The notes below the pieces were generated by a model. That model was given only the letters and a program-made list of their open reading frames with translations, had not been told where the DNA came from and ran no database searches. Shown here in pieces: positions 27,620 through 41,118 of a DNA stretch of 64,000 bases. A program made the translations under genes and the position numbers. Numbering within the stretch: the stretch's first letter is position 1; every line of letters begins with the position of its first letter. Source of the stretch: Eledone cirrhosa (lineage: Eukaryota). The stretch lies in the NCBI GenBank assembly GCA_964016885.1, contig OZ024747.1, forward strand, positions 39,928,001 to 39,992,000. The letters are read 5' to 3'.

Positions 27620-29201
27620 TTGAACTTATGATCCAAAATATCCTGCATGACATATGCATTGGTATGTTTTGTAATGAGTAAGGTGAAGTCAAGGCAGAGC
27701 TGTAATAAGTTTTTTTGTTAACACTAAAGCACTTCAGGATAGACGATATTCTTTGTTTTTCTTTTCGAAAGAAACGCAAAGAGATTATCTCGACTGCAAA
27801 CCACGTAGAATTGTCCGTGCGAAAAGCAAGGTTCATCCACGTGAATTCCAGTGACGGACAGAGTTTGACCTTCCGTCTTGTTTATGGACATCGCAAAGGC
27901 AACACGAAGGGGAAATTGGGTTCGGCGAAAGGAGAAGGGAGTATCCACGCCTGATGTAGTCAGGCTAATTTTTATTATTATCACATCCTCGCCTTTTCCA
28001 CATCCGGATAGAATGGTAGCGTCAATACTAAGTGGAGACAGTTTTTTAACCACAAGGTGTGTACCATTGCATAGTTTTGGAGGAGTGATATTTCTCAGAA
28101 AAATAACTGGCGTTCCCTCTTTCAGAACCAATGTAGTAGGAGGTAAACCAGGAGGACTTAAAGAATTTAGAAATTCAACTGGATAGTTGACCGCATCCTG
28201 TGGATCACATACAGTATCAATATATTTATATATCCGTGGACATCCAGGAAGAATCCTGTTCAGTATGTTCCTTCATTGTCAAAAAGATTTGATGTGTACG
28301 AATACAACTGGAAGCATAGATAATGCCTGCCTCAAATGTGGACGAAATTACTTTAAAAATGTAAAAGCTGTAGGTCCCAATGGTTTGAATGGAATGTCCC
28401 ATAAGGATTGTTCTAGAAATAAACAAACCATCATCGAAATCTCGTCAATTCGAGACTGCTGCGAGATTAGGCCCTTACTGCGAAAATTAAAACTTAATAT
28501 AGTGAAACAAGTTAAAACAACAATTGTTTTTTTAACTTTGAATGTGCAACAAATTTTTTTTTTGTATCAACATGGCTTATGAAAGTTTTAAAAATGTAAA
28601 AGTTGTAGGTCCCTATGGTTTGAATGGAAAGTCCCATAACGATTGTTCTAAAAATAAACAAACCATCATCAAAATCTCGTCAATTCGAGACTGCTGCGAG
28701 ATTAGGCCCTTACCGCGAAAATTAACACTTAATATAGTGAAACAAGTTAAAACAAGTGTTTTTTTTAACTTTGAAAGTGCAACAAAGAATAAACAAGAAA
28801 CAAACGATAATATTAGTGATTTATCTTCAAATGAATCTGCTGTTTATATTTCTGAAAGTTCGTCCGACGATGATTGTTGTTTTAAAATTGAAAACGAAGG
28901 TCTCCATATCTCACTCTCTTTATAAGGATTGTCAATAAAGTTGGTTATCTCCCTTTTTTTATAAGGATTGTCAATAAAGTATGTTATCTCTCTTACATCA
29001 ATTTTGCTACCGATAATTTTGATATCGATTTTTTATTGCTCAGCGTGGGTCGATTGAAAAATGTTTTGTGATGTGATCATCCTAGTGACCTGTGCAACGT
29101 GCACAGAAAATTTGGTCAAATTTGGTTGGTAATTGTAAAAGCTTTAGGTATCCAAAGTTGTACACAGACACACACACATCCTCGCTGTTATATATATATA
29201 A

Positions 29202-29205
<4 letters not shown>
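27620..29205 (-). mobile_element. Internally deleted Helitron (helicase C-terminus plus non-coding 5' region)
   Basis: 'YPVEFLNSLSPPGLPP...LKEGTPVIFLRNITPPKLCNGT...RTQFPLRVAFAMSINKTEGQTL...FSHGQFYVVCSR...KNIVYPEVL'; Helitron-like 5' region at ~29040-29205; ~200-bp tandem duplication at 28350-28550/28585-28785; ends uncertain. Confidence 0.8.
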
Positions 29206-29262
<57 letters not shown>

Positions 29263-29439
29263 TATATACATATTGTATAAAGCGATGCTTGAAGCGAAAT
29301 CCTATTTCTTTTTTATTATAAGTTGAGACAACTTATGCAGCTTCATATGAAAATGAGATTAATCACCTCATTTACACAGACGAGAAAAGTATATATTCTC
29401 AGCTGTCTTCTAGTCCAGCAGTCGCAAGCTGTGGGAGGG

Positions 29440-29483
29440 ACCGTCCTGACGAAGGCCAGTTAAGCCTGAAATGCATAGACGGT
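29440..29483 (+). ncRNA. Minimal type-I hammerhead ribozyme with canonical core
   Basis: ACCGTC-CTGACGA-AGGC cagttaa GCCT-GAAA-tgca-TA-GACGGT; stems I and II perfect, palindromic stem III. Confidence 0.88.
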
Positions 29484-29587
29484 TGTCCCCTTGCTTCTGC
29501 TGGACATCACCTGAGGGCGTTAGCCCCTCGGTGTTTGCATAGCTACGGCTTCCTAAAACTGTATTTCTTTGGAGATACGAAATATTT

Positions 29588-29651
<64 letters not shown>

Positions 29652-30759
29652 GTGCATATATGTATATATGTATATATATGCATATGTATGTATATATATA
29701 TATATATGCATATATGTATATATATATGCATATATGTATATATATATACAGATATGTGCATATATGTATGTATGTATGTATATTTTTATAAGTATATATG
29801 TGTGTGTATTTCGTTTTCTCACTAGTCAGCTCTTTCGTTGCTACAGATCACGCGGCTGAATTAGCGGTTGCTATTTTCAATTTGTAAAGCCCTTTAAACT
29901 GTATGTTATTACTCTGATCTCTATTCCTTGTCGAGTGCTTGGCTGTACTGCTGAAGGCATTCGTTGGCTTAGCTGCTGATCGAACTTCGAATATGCTGTA
30001 CTATTGTATGTATATATATATATATTGAAAAGATAATAAGGACGATTGGTTATTCCTTCATTACATTTACTGGTTGGTGACGTGCGTTTCGCCACTGATC
30101 AGCCCAAGGTTCGATCTGTATCGATCTTACCCGACTCTGTAATATGCGGCTTGTCGGACCCCGTGTATTGTTAGTAGAGAATGAATACATGCTGTATGAT
30201 AAAGTCAGAAGTTCATATGTTGGTCCATAACGTTTGTTTTGATTGGTGGATTAGTTCATAGGGATGTTTTTGCCTGTAGTGTATTGGAGGGGTGGGGTGG
30301 TGAGAAGATGGTGGTGATGGTCGCGGGCTGAAAGTGGGCGGTGACGTGGGGGTGCTGGTTGTCGGTAGACCGATTGGCATGTAGCTGACGCTGATTTGTG
30401 AGTGTGTGGTGTGGGTGTAGTAAAGATGTGATAGCGGTGTGTATGGAGGTGTGATGAATGTGTTGGTGGTCTCAATTTAAATAAGGAGGTACATACATAG
30501 ACACACTTAGTCTGACAAATACATTGTATACATACACATGTGTATATTGGAACGCCTTCTCCATCCTCTCCACGGGGGCTGTGGGGGCTGGCATCGCATG
30601 ACATTCCATATTTAGGTATCCAGATTAATGGTTTTTATACACACACCACTTGTATTATATATATAGAGAGAGAGCCAGTGGTGATGGCGTTGTACAAATA
30701 AATATACTTACAACCAGACACACACACATGCGTTGTTTAGGGAGGGATGATATGTGTTG

Positions 30760-31210
30760 GTGATGTTGATGATTGTTGAAGTATGGCGCTGTGCCTGGTG
30801 GTGACAGTGGTGGTGGTGGGAGCGACAAAATATTTACAGGATCGAATTTTACGATGGATTACAGGTTAAAAAATGACATAGGGAACTAGGGAACACGGGG
30901 AAAACAAGGATGTGAATGAGGGATGATGGACGTATAGCGATGTGTATAGTGGTGGTGATGGTGGTGGTGATGGGGTGATATGTTCGACATTATATTTACA
31001 GGATCGGATGTTACGACGGTTTACAAGGTAAAACCTGACAGAGAGGACAGATAGAATACGATGGTACTGTGATGAGGGATGTATGGCGATGTGTCAGTTG
31101 GTGGTGATGGTGGGGATGATGGATGCGACATGATATTTACAAAATCTGAACTTACAAAGGTTACATGTTATATAAGACAAATGCACTGAGATGAGGGACG
31201 GTGTGGCAAG
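30760..31210. repeat. Three degenerate ~150-170 bp tandem repeats
   Basis: Recurring GTGGTGATGG...GACA..ATATTTACAGGATCG...TTAC...GATGAGGGA motifs. Confidence 0.55.
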
Positions 31211-31339
31211 GTAAAGGTGGTTATCACTATGTTGAGTCAGGGTTAGTGTGTGGCTCTCAGCCGAATGTTTGTGCAGATAAGGTGTTCAACCTGGTGTGTC
31301 TACAATTTATAATTATGTCAGACCTAGAGTTTATGGCAG

Positions 31340-31387
<48 letters not shown>

Positions 31388-31495
31388 AGGAATTCCAACT
31401 TTGTCTGATTTACTCGTTTTATTTACAATCCTTTAAAATTTATAATGGTATTATAATGAAATAATATGATAGAATATTAAATGTTAAGTGTTAAT

Positions 31496-31534
31496 TGAAC
31501 AAGTACTTTCATGCTTTCGCAATCTTCAGGTTCA
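31496..31534 (-). ncRNA. Minimal type-I hammerhead ribozyme
   Basis: RC: TGAAC-CTGAAGA-tTGC gaaa GCAt-GAAA-gtac-TT-GTTCA; module flanked by (TA)n. Confidence 0.82.
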
Positions 31535-32114
31535 TAATGTGTGGTGACAGTCAAGTTTGCAATTTTCAACAATATATATATATATATGTATATAGTGGAT
31601 GTATTATTATTTGTATATGTTGCTTACCTAATTCAACATAATATACTAAACATTTTCAATTATTGCAGGCCCTTTTCCCGGAAGAGCAGCGAGCAGTGAG
31701 CGTAAGTAAACCTTACAATTTTCTATATTTGTTATATATATATGGGGGGGGGGGCGTGTGTGCGTGTGTGTATGTATACATGTAAAAGGTAAACATAAAT
31801 AACAAAAATACCAAAACAAATGGCAAATCACATGGAAGAAATATATTGGTTTAACGCTTGAAATAACAGGAAAGGGTTTTAACACTTCGGACACTAGTCC
31901 TTCGTCACAAGATAGAGTTAAAAATCTGTTTATAATAGAAAAAAGAGATGTTTCTTGGTTGGTAGGTTTAATTACACGAAAATTTAATTACACACACACA
32001 CCTACATAGATACACACACATCTAAAGAGAGGGAGACACACAGAGGGAGAAGCAGAGAGAGAAAGAGAGGATATAGCTTGTTATAGAAGAGAGGTACAAT
32101 TAAAGTGTTAGATA

Positions 32115-32209
<95 letters not shown>

Positions 32210-32285
32210 GCAACGAATGCTGGTTTACACACAGACACACACATACACACACACATGCACACATACACACATACACACACACACA

Positions 32286-32678
32286 CGAGGGCAATCCCAA
32301 AAGTAAGGTCTCCTTCCGATATTGCAACTTTTCCGTTAAAATCCTGTGGATGGTTCTTCGGGAAACCTCAGGAACGAAAATGCTTAGAGCATCGAGAGTG
32401 ATCCGCCGATCTTTACGCATGTTTTCCTCGGAAGGAGACTTTACTTTTGGGATTGCCCTCTAAATAATAACTGGGCGAAATTCGCACTTGGCGGTAGCGT
32501 TCAACGGGAGCTCCATTCTCAACGGCTGTCAAGCCAAGATTGAGCATCCCAGCGAAGCGCGCGCATGCTTGTTTGGAAGTGAAGGAAGCACCAATCACAA
32601 CAGTGTTGCCAACAGCCGTACGAACAGTTTCTCTGCGTCCCCATCGCTTTGGAGACCTTACTTTTGGGATTACCCTCG
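32286..32678 (-). mobile_element. Mariner-derived deletion element with three TIR copies
   Basis: TIR CGAGGG(C/T)AATCCCAAAAGTAAGGTCTCC at 32286, inverted at 32434-32460 and 32651-32678 (followed by TA); transposase HTH relic 'MRKDRRITLDALSIFVPEVSRRTIHRILTEKLQYRK'. Confidence 0.85.
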
Positions 32679-32699
<21 letters not shown>

Positions 32700-32709
<10 letters not shown>

Positions 32710-35700
32710 ACAGAGACAGAGAGGGAGGTCTGGGCGTACTTGATTGTTTCGCGACCAGCGTCTCTAATTGGGTCAGTTAACATTTGTGTCTGTCTGTGTA
32801 TGTATGTATGTGTGTGTATGTATGTGTGTGTGTGTGGCGTCCAACAATAGATCAAAGTATCAGTAGGTTTGTCGTTTTACACCAATCATTGAAAGTTAGG
32901 TGATACTAACTACAACACAAACCTATTCTGTAAGGCAGCGATTTGCATTTATTTCTATATTTTTTTAATATTGCTTTATATTGTTGTTTTTATCACGATA
33001 TTTCCCAAGAAAATTAATTTCATCATGTCACAAAAACACCGCTCATCTATCGGTGTTGTTACAATGTCCGCCAAACGGTTGAAATCTTCAAGCGAAAGAG
33101 AAACTCAGAGACGGGAACCAGAAAGATTAAGACAACAAGAAAGACGATCACAACTTTCTGAAACTGAACAGAACTTGAGACGGGATACAGAAAAATTAAA
33201 GCAAGAAGACAATCGGAATAAACGGAGGCTGAATATGAAAAATCACCGAGAGGAAATTAGAGTTGTGTTGCAAACACGATGAGCACAAAGGACTCTTCAA
33301 GGCAAAATAAACTGGCTAAGAGCTGGGTTTTCATATGATCCACCGAGAAAGTATAGAAATGATCCTAAAGTCACGATTGTTAACATGGATAATATATGCA
33401 GTAGTTATGGTGCGAGAAAATGGAGAGGAGAAACACTTGGCATGTGTTGCTTAGGAGGAAAGTTCAGATTTCCACTGACAGAAGACCCTACACCTGTTAT
33501 TCGTATACTGCTTACAGCCCTTAATAACGAAGCTAAACACTTCAGGAGCAATGTTATGTGGTATAATGCTGCATTTCAGATGACGTCATTTAGAGCTGAA
33601 AAAAAATCATACTGACTATGGTTATTTCACATTTAAAATCCAAGGATAATACTACCATTTAATTGGCAGTTTACTCCCGCAGCCAATGAGGAATCAAAAT
33701 TCATTCAAGTTTACATTTGGGGCAACAACGAACAAGAAGCTATTCAACGATGCAGAAATATTTCCGGTGGTCTTCAGCTACACGTTATTAGCAGTCTGCA
33801 AAATATGCTTCATGAAAACCATCATTACATGAGAGTATACAAATCTGCCTTAGAAAAAAAAAGGCAAACCCCATGTATAAAATTATTATTAGACCTGATA
33901 AAAAATAAACAGCAAGAGAACACAAAAGACGTTACAACAAACCACTGGAAGACGAAGTGACTGATGGTCAATAAACAAGATACATCCAGAGACATCATTG
34001 TACAGGAGAGATCTGGCTAGTTACGACGAATTGCAGAAGCACACAGAGCATACGACAATCTTCAGTATCCTTTGATTTTTTGGAGAGGTCAGGATGAATA
34101 CAATTTCGCCAGTACAGGCGAAGAAACTAGTAAATCGGTCGTTCCTTACAATCCTCTCCTCTGCGAAATCCTGGACGTTCACATCAGTTGTGAGTACGGT
34201 GCATCATTAAAATCAATTAAGTATGTTTGTAAATATGTCAACAAAGGTAGTGATATGGCAACTTTTACTATTGGTGGTGATAACTAATTGAATGAAGTTA
34301 AAACATACCTAACAGGGAGATATATTTTTTATTAATTAAGTCATATGGAGAATCTTTGGTTTTGATATACACAATAAACACCCAGCGGTAGTGAATCTTG
34401 CAGTCCATTTGGAAAATGGTTAGAGAGTATATTACACTGAAGAAAATGCACAATCGATTGTGCATCTCCTTCAGACACAACGCTCACTGATTTTTTAAAG
34501 CTTTATGGAGAAGATGCCTTTGCTAAAACCTTGCTTTATCATGAGGTTCCCACATTATACACATTGAATAAAAAGAAATGGAGCAGACGAAAGATAGGCA
34601 ATCATGTGGATGGCTATCAATACATCAAAGCAAGTGGTGCAATAGGAAGAGTTTACACGATCCAACCTAGACATAGGGAATGTTTCCATTTGAGGTTACT
34701 CCTTCACACTGTTACAGGGCCAACATCATTTGAAAATATCAAAATTGTACATGGAACTCCCCGTGCAAGGTATGCCGAAGCATGTAAGTTACTTGGCCTA
34801 TTTGAAGATGGGGAATATTGGAAAAAGACATTGGAAAGAGCAGCTGCCACACAAATGCCTAAAAAGCTTCGACATCTCTTCGCTGTAAGGTGCAATATTC
34901 GAGGTACTAGGTGCAATATTCGAGATCCCTTGAGTCTCTGGGAAAGATATAAGAAATACCTGTCGGAAGATATGTTGCACAGAATCAGACTTCAAAACAC
35001 TGGCATTAATGTAGAGTTTTCTCCACCAATCTATAATGAAGCACGCTCAGAAATTAACAACCACCTGAGTTAAATTGTCTGGTCCCTTAAGGATTTCAGT
35101 TTACCAGAACCTGAGGACACAGTTGCATACTCTATTGCACAGAATATATTAAAGCAGATGAATTATGACATCAACAAGCTTACACAATATGCCAATGAAA
35201 AGGAAGAAAAGCTGATTGAAGATCAAAGATTTGTTTATGAAAAACTATTGGCCAGAATCAATCAGAATGATGGAGCTCTTACTTTTTGGATGCTCAAGGA
35301 GGAACTGGTACAACCTTCATAATAAATCTCATATTGGCAAAAGTAAGGCAGCGAAAGCAAATTGCTTTGGCTGCTGCATCAAGTGGTATTGCTGCTACCT
35401 TACTTGATGGAGGCAAAACAGGACCCTCAAAGTTCAGTTTGCCATTGAATGTCACAAGAGAAGAGTTTCCTTCGTGCAATATAAAAAAACACATCAAAAG
35501 CAAAGCTTTTAGAGAAAAGCTTCGTGATCGTATGGGATGAGGCCACAATGGCACAGAGAAATTTTTTGAGGCTCTGGATCATTCTTTAAGAGACATTAGA
35601 GCAGGCATATTAAACTGAGGGACCCCGAGAGCTGCATGTGTCACATATGTGTTGTCTGAGGGGCCACACACAAGTAATTGTGCACATTACAAATAATTTT

Positions 35701-36865
35701 TACGAACATAAAATATGCTCACGCTGTAAAAACTTTTGTGCTGGCCGCAGGTGTGCTTGTAAAGAGCCACATGTGGCCTCGCAGACCGCATGTTTGACAT
35801 GGCTGCATTAGAGGATGTAATGAAATAATGGGAGGAGTAACGATGGTAGTTGCTGGTCACTTCAGACAGATCTCCCCGTCATTCCTAAAGGCATGTGAGC
35901 TGATATTGTAAATGCTTGCCTCAAAGTTTCAACTATATGGCAGCAAGTCCTGCGATTACCCTTGAGGACAAACATGAGAGTACAGTTTTACAAAGATGCA
36001 GAAATTGATACTTTTGCAAAACAGCTAATCACACTGGGTGATGGTACTATGCAACAAGATTAAAATGGAGAAGTCAACCTTCCATTTAGAAATGTCTGTA
36101 ATATACAAAATGAACTAATTGATCAAGTATTTCCAAGTGTTGCCTCAATCATGGCTGTTTGAGCGAGCAATTTTAGAGCCCAAAAATAATATTGTAAATC
36201 AGATCAACCAATGCCTACTGGATACACTTCCAGTGGATGTTCATACATGTGGCTCTATTGATAAGATTGAAAAGGGTGATGAAGTTGCTAATTATCCTGC
36301 AGAGTTCCTTAATAGTCTGGAACTTCCTGGACTTCCTCAACACAAATTAACGCTAAAGATTGGAACTCCCATCATCCTTTTGAGAAACCTGGACTATGCC
36401 ATGGCACGCACTTAACAGTGAAGCGGATGATAAAACATCTCCTAGAGGTCACTATTCTTGGAGGCAATCATCAGGGTGAAAATGCATTTATTCCAAAGAT
36501 TCCACTTAACCCTTCTTCTACCAAGTTACCATTCAAATTCTCAAGACGTCAGTTCCCTGTTAGAGCCAGTTTTGCTATCACCATAAATAAATCTCAGGGT
36601 CAGAGTCTCAAATTTGTAGGATTTAATCTGAGAGAATCGGTTTTAACCCATGGGCAGTTATATGTTGGTTGTTCACGAGTTGGAACATCTAGAAATCTTC
36701 ATATACTATGCACGAACGGTAAAACAAAGAATGTGATGTATCTGGAGGATTTTCGACTATTTCTTTCTTGTTACATACACACCACGTTCTCGCCTCATAC
36801 TGTAAACCAGACAACGCATCCAATACAGTCGTTTTCTCTTCTACTTCTCTTATCAACTGTTTATA
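32700..36865 (+). mobile_element. Decayed Helitron (RepHel pseudogene, HUH core deleted)
   Basis: 'CSSYGARKWRGETLGMCCLGGK...YNAAFQMTSF', 'VVPYNPLL...SIKYVCKYVNKGSD', 'IGRVYTIQP..RECFHLRLLLHTVTGPTSFE', Walker A relic 'DAQGGTGTTF...ASSGIAATLLDGG', 'RRQFPVRASFAITINKSQGQSL...HGQLYVGCSRV'; no 3' CTAG seen. Confidence 0.93.
35602..35805. mobile_element. hAT-type MITE inserted in the Helitron helicase
   Basis: 8-bp TSD CATTAGAG (35594-35601 and 35806-35813); TIRs CAGGCATATTAAAC / GTTTGACATGGCTG; excision restores 'LRDIRGCNEIMGGVTMVVAG'. Confidence 0.9.
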
Positions 36866-36972
36866 AATAGATAGAAGAAGATAAATAGAAAGTAAAGAGT
36901 GCTGAGAGAAAAGAACGTTGAAAATGAGAAAATAAAATAGGAGTCAATAGCCAGATGTGGGCATTCAATCGT

Positions 36973-37027
<55 letters not shown>

Positions 37028-37030
<3 letters not shown>

Positions 37031-37459
37031 GATATTAAATAAATGGAAACTATATTTATAAAACCATATTTATTTCATTATATATATTTCAGGGATATCA
37101 TATTAAAAATATGGTATGCCTTCATCAGACAAAATACAATATAAACAGTCTTATAAATAGTCTTATAAAATCAACTCTTATAAATAGTCTACCAAATCAA
37201 CTTTTTAAATGGAAGTTGAAATTGTAAGGTATGTCAAATCTATCTATTTATAAGACTGTTTATATTGTATTTTGTCTGATGAAGGCATACCATATTTTTA
37301 ATATGATATCCCTGAAATATATATAATGAAATAAATATGGTTTTATAAATATAGTTTCCATTTATTTAATATCGTAAATATACTCCAAATACTTGTTGAG
37401 TGCTTTTATATCAGTTATAAATATTTACTCGTTGTAACCCAACAATTTAAATAAAACTT

Positions 37460-37463
<4 letters not shown>
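37028..37463 (+). mobile_element. (TA)n-flanked fold-back element (~133-bp perfect arms) with hammerhead
   Basis: 37028-37160 is the RC of 37244-37376; one-sided extension to 37463. Confidence 0.88.
37268..37333 (+). ncRNA. Type-I hammerhead ribozyme (mirrored on the minus strand at ~37071-37136)
   Basis: TATTTTGT-CTGATGA-AGG..CATATTtttAATATG..CCT-GAAA-tatata-TA-ATGAAATA. Confidence 0.72.
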
Positions 37464-37511
<48 letters not shown>

Positions 37512-37515
<4 letters not shown>

Positions 37516-37677
37516 CGAAACATAAGTCAATTGCATGAACTCATAATCCTTTATTTACTGCTATATATATTTCGATGATAGCCATTGAATGGCTATGACC
37601 TCATCAGGCAGTTAGTCAGTTCTTAGATATGCCAGCTCTGTGTTTATAGTGTTGATGGTATCAGAGCCTTGGGACAT
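37512..37677 (-). mobile_element. (TA)n-flanked hammerhead module (ribozyme at 37557-37612)
   Basis: Reverse complement of ~25558-25726. Confidence 0.85.
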
Positions 37678-38290
37678 ATATATATATAAATAACCAGGTG
37701 TAAATTACATTACATTATTCAATTGTTTGAAGAATGTTTTTATCAATACTGTTGGAAATTTCATTTTTTTTACTCTGTACTGATGTACTCAGAATCTTTT
37801 AAACAACATAAAGAACATAATTATTTTCCAACGGTGTCCAAATGGCTCCATTCCGAAAACGTAAACAAAATTCAAAATACAGTTGGGAAAATGCTAAAAA
37901 GTTATGGAAGAATAAAATGAATTATAACGTGCTGTAATTAAACATTATTTGCTTGACTTTTAAAGCACGTATATCAAACTCTAAAATATCATTATCTTCA
38001 CCCGGACAATATGGTCAGCATTAATCGAAAATGGCCTGCTTAAAGGAAAATGCCCTATAAATGCCATATATCAATACGGTGCTACTAGGACTCCCCCAGG
38101 AAGGACGCATCCAAAGAAAATAAAAAAAATAAGGGATAGGTAGAAGCAAAATGGACCCAAAGGAGAACGGAGTGAACATGGGTCGTGTCATTTTTATGAA
38201 ATAAAATGTTTCTACTGATATTTTTAGGTGATGAGTTAAATGGAGAAAACGTCTGACTATTAGGCTTTAAAGTTAATCATTAATGTAAGC

Positions 38291-38591
38291 CAGTGGTTCC
38301 CACTCATCTTACTCCATGCCCCACCTCAACATCTAAAAAATGTTTATGTCCTCCTTTGATATAAAAACAAACTGAGTTTTGTAAAAGTGTAATTACTGTA
38401 ATATAAAGTAGAAATCCTAAATGCAGCGATGATCAAAATCAACTCCAATGTGTAAACAACCTGCTTGTAGGTGCTGCCAGATACACGATAACATGTGTAG
38501 ACGAAGTGGAAGTGGCAGTTTGGTCGTATTATATCACTTTCAAATGCCCCCCACCTGCTGTATGGCGCGTGCCCCACGTTGGAAATCACTG
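38291..38591. mobile_element. hAT-type MITE
   Basis: TIRs CAGTGGTTCCCAC / GTTGGAAATCACTG; degenerate TSD ATGTAAGC / ATGT(TGT)AAGC. Confidence 0.7.
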
Positions 38592-39530
38592 ATGTTGTAA
38601 GCCAAAGTGCAAATCTGGTAGCGAGAAAAAAATCGAAATACTTGCGAGAAAGATAAATGGCCTTTCATTATAATAATATTTTGTACATATAACAACACTA
38701 ATCAAACAAGTAGACTGAGCCAATGCAGGCACATAACAGCGACGTTACGAATTTACCGAACTAGCCATATGTGTGTCTATATATTACATTATACTACATA
38801 GAAATATGTATACACAATACCATATACTAAAAGAATATACCACATCTTAATACTATGATGCCTAAATAGTTCATATATAACTCAATGATTCCATATAGCT
38901 GTTGGCGACAACAATAACAACTACAAAAAACAGACAACAATGCCTCATCTGAAACAAGAAGTCAATGAAGAATTAACAAAAAACATAAATAAACCAAACT
39001 ACCATTAACAGCACATACTTCAGAATGGTAGCTAATTTCATATGAATGTAGAAGAAACAACTCGTGCTTTGGCTGTCAAAATGAGAAAAACAATATGAAA
39101 TTGAACAAAAGAAAAATCAAATAAAAAGGCAGCTGCCGTTTGCTTTGGTAGTAAAGATCTTTAATGCGAAAACTACAAAACACACTTGATGAAAAAATCA
39201 AGCAGGGCGTTAGTTTCTATATCTGTAAAATATAATGCAAGCTAAAGATATTACTTCGACATGGAGAGTCGTCGAGTCTGTAAGCATTCAAAATTTCTGC
39301 ATTTTTGCATTGTATATTTTTTGTATTGTGCATATCTTGACTTTTTTTTTTCGTCTTTCAATAACTATTTTTAACATTTATTAAGAGTGAATTTTACATG
39401 AGATGAAATTCGCAACAATTAAAAAAGCTGTTTCGCTTTATTTCTTTCTCATTTCCTTTAAATCTCTATCTCTGTCTCTTGTTTCTTCTTCTTCTTCTTC
39501 TTCTTCTTCTATGTACTGCTACAACTGCGA

Positions 39531-39574
<44 letters not shown>

Positions 39575-39669
39575 GACAACGACGACTACTATAACTTGTC
39601 ATTCTTCTTTTCTTTTCTTTTTTCTTGTTTTACTTCTTTTTTTTCTTTTTCTCTTTTCTTTTTCTTCTT

Positions 39670-40190
39670 CTTGATTGTCAGAATCGTTAGAGCATTAAAC
39701 AAAATGCCATGTGTTTTTTACTGACAGCTCTTTATGTTCTCAGTTCAAATCCCACCGAAGATAATTTTGCCCTTCATCCATCTGAGATCGACAAATAATT
39801 GACAAATATCAGTCAAGATCTGGGGACAATATAACCAACTTCCCTCCACCGAATTTGCTGGCCTTGTACTTCAATTAGAAATGATCATTATTAGACCGTT
39901 GGATAGGCAGAATCGTTACAGCGTCGGACAAATGCTTAACAGTGTTTCATCGGGGTCTTTACTTTCTGGGTTCAAATGCCCCTGAGACCAACTTTCAAGT
40001 TCAATAAAATAAAGTACCTGTTAAGTACTTAGGTCTGTTTAATAGAATTGCCGGCCTTGTACCGGCGTAGAGATAATGGCACAAAGTCAACAATTTTGCT
40101 TTACTGATACCTCGGCGGAATTTGAACTCAGAGCGTAAAAAGCCATAACTCTAAGCCGCAAAGCATGTTATCCGACGCTCTACCGATACT
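39670..40190. mobile_element. Cluster of three older, diverged Meta-like SINE copies (+,+,-)
   Basis: Degenerate A/B boxes and central domain at ~39670-39890, ~39895-40065 and ~40075-40190 (RC). Confidence 0.7.
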
Positions 40191-40369
40191 ATAATTGTTA
40201 TTCTATAGTCTTATTTTTATCACCTGATTTATTGTACGTGCAATAATTTGTTTTGGTTTTGTCATTGTTTATTTTGTTAGATATATGCTTCTTCGTAGAT
40301 TAAATTTATACATGCACACACGCATTCATTTACATATATATATATTGATTTATTTTTCAATTTTTACAG

Positions 40370-40396
40370 ACCGTCGCAGCTAAGGAAACCCCACCG
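40370..40396 (+). CDS. Candidate 27-nt micro-exon (phase 0: TVAAKETPP)
   Basis: TATTTTTCAATTTTTACAG| ... CCG|GTAGGT; GC-rich island in an AT-rich flank. Confidence 0.5.
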
Positions 40397-41079
40397 GTAG
40401 GTGCTGCCTTTTATATAAGTATATACGGAATATTCTGTCGATCTATGTTTTAATTGATCGTAATTATCGTGGCATTTATTTATTTGATTTTAAAATCATA
40501 TATCATAAATATTTCGAAATGCACTCTCAGATTTTGTCCACCACTCCCGATCTTATTCCACCCTCGCCATGCTTATTAACTTTGCTAATCCACCTCTGGC
40601 GAAATTTTATTTTAAGTGGTAGCATTCCTGCGACAATTAATTTTTTCATACTTTCAAATAATATTATACATGACAAAAAACTACATTACTAGAAATCCCA
40701 TACGTTACAAAATAAAAATGATCGGCTTGGGTATCAATATGTAAATTAAATGACTAATTCTGGTTTCTAAAATAATCAATGGAGACAAGAAAGAAAATTT
40801 ACAGAATTTCCAGACCCCTACTTATTCCCCTCTCCAGCGTATCCCAATTCCCCCACTTATTACAACCACCGCTCATTCTCACCCCACTATAACTTATATA
40901 AGTTAATCAATGTCTCTGTGATGTCATTTTATTTCACTTAACCATTGTTAAATGTGTGATATATAGGTATTTCCAGTTCCCAATAAATGTGAGGCATCGT
41001 GTCTTTGAAAATAATCCTTATTCGTCTCTCATTCGTTTTGATTTCATTAGTAAATGATTTATCTATTTTTCTGTTTCAG

Positions 41080-41118
41080 CTGCCACGCCGGGAACGACCC
41101 CCACGACCTCCACGACCG
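41080..41118 (+). CDS. Candidate 39-nt micro-exon (phase 0: LPRRERPPRPPRP; phase 1: ATPGTTPTTSTT)
   Basis: CTATTTTTCTGTTTCAG| ... CCG|GTATGT; strongly GC-rich relative to flanks. Confidence 0.55.

Noticed and set aside
27039-27836. 265-aa minus ORF as a single gene
   Set aside because: Chance read-through across Helitron flank, RTE fragment, microsatellite and PLE terminus
30074-30107. Hammerhead-like RC motif CTGATCA-gtggc-GAAA-cgcacg-TC
   Set aside because: Core mutated, stem II essentially absent and stem I mismatched; at best a decayed copy
31870-31915. Hammerhead-like RC motif TGACGA-aggac..gtcc-GAA
   Set aside because: Missing core bases and no convincing stem I
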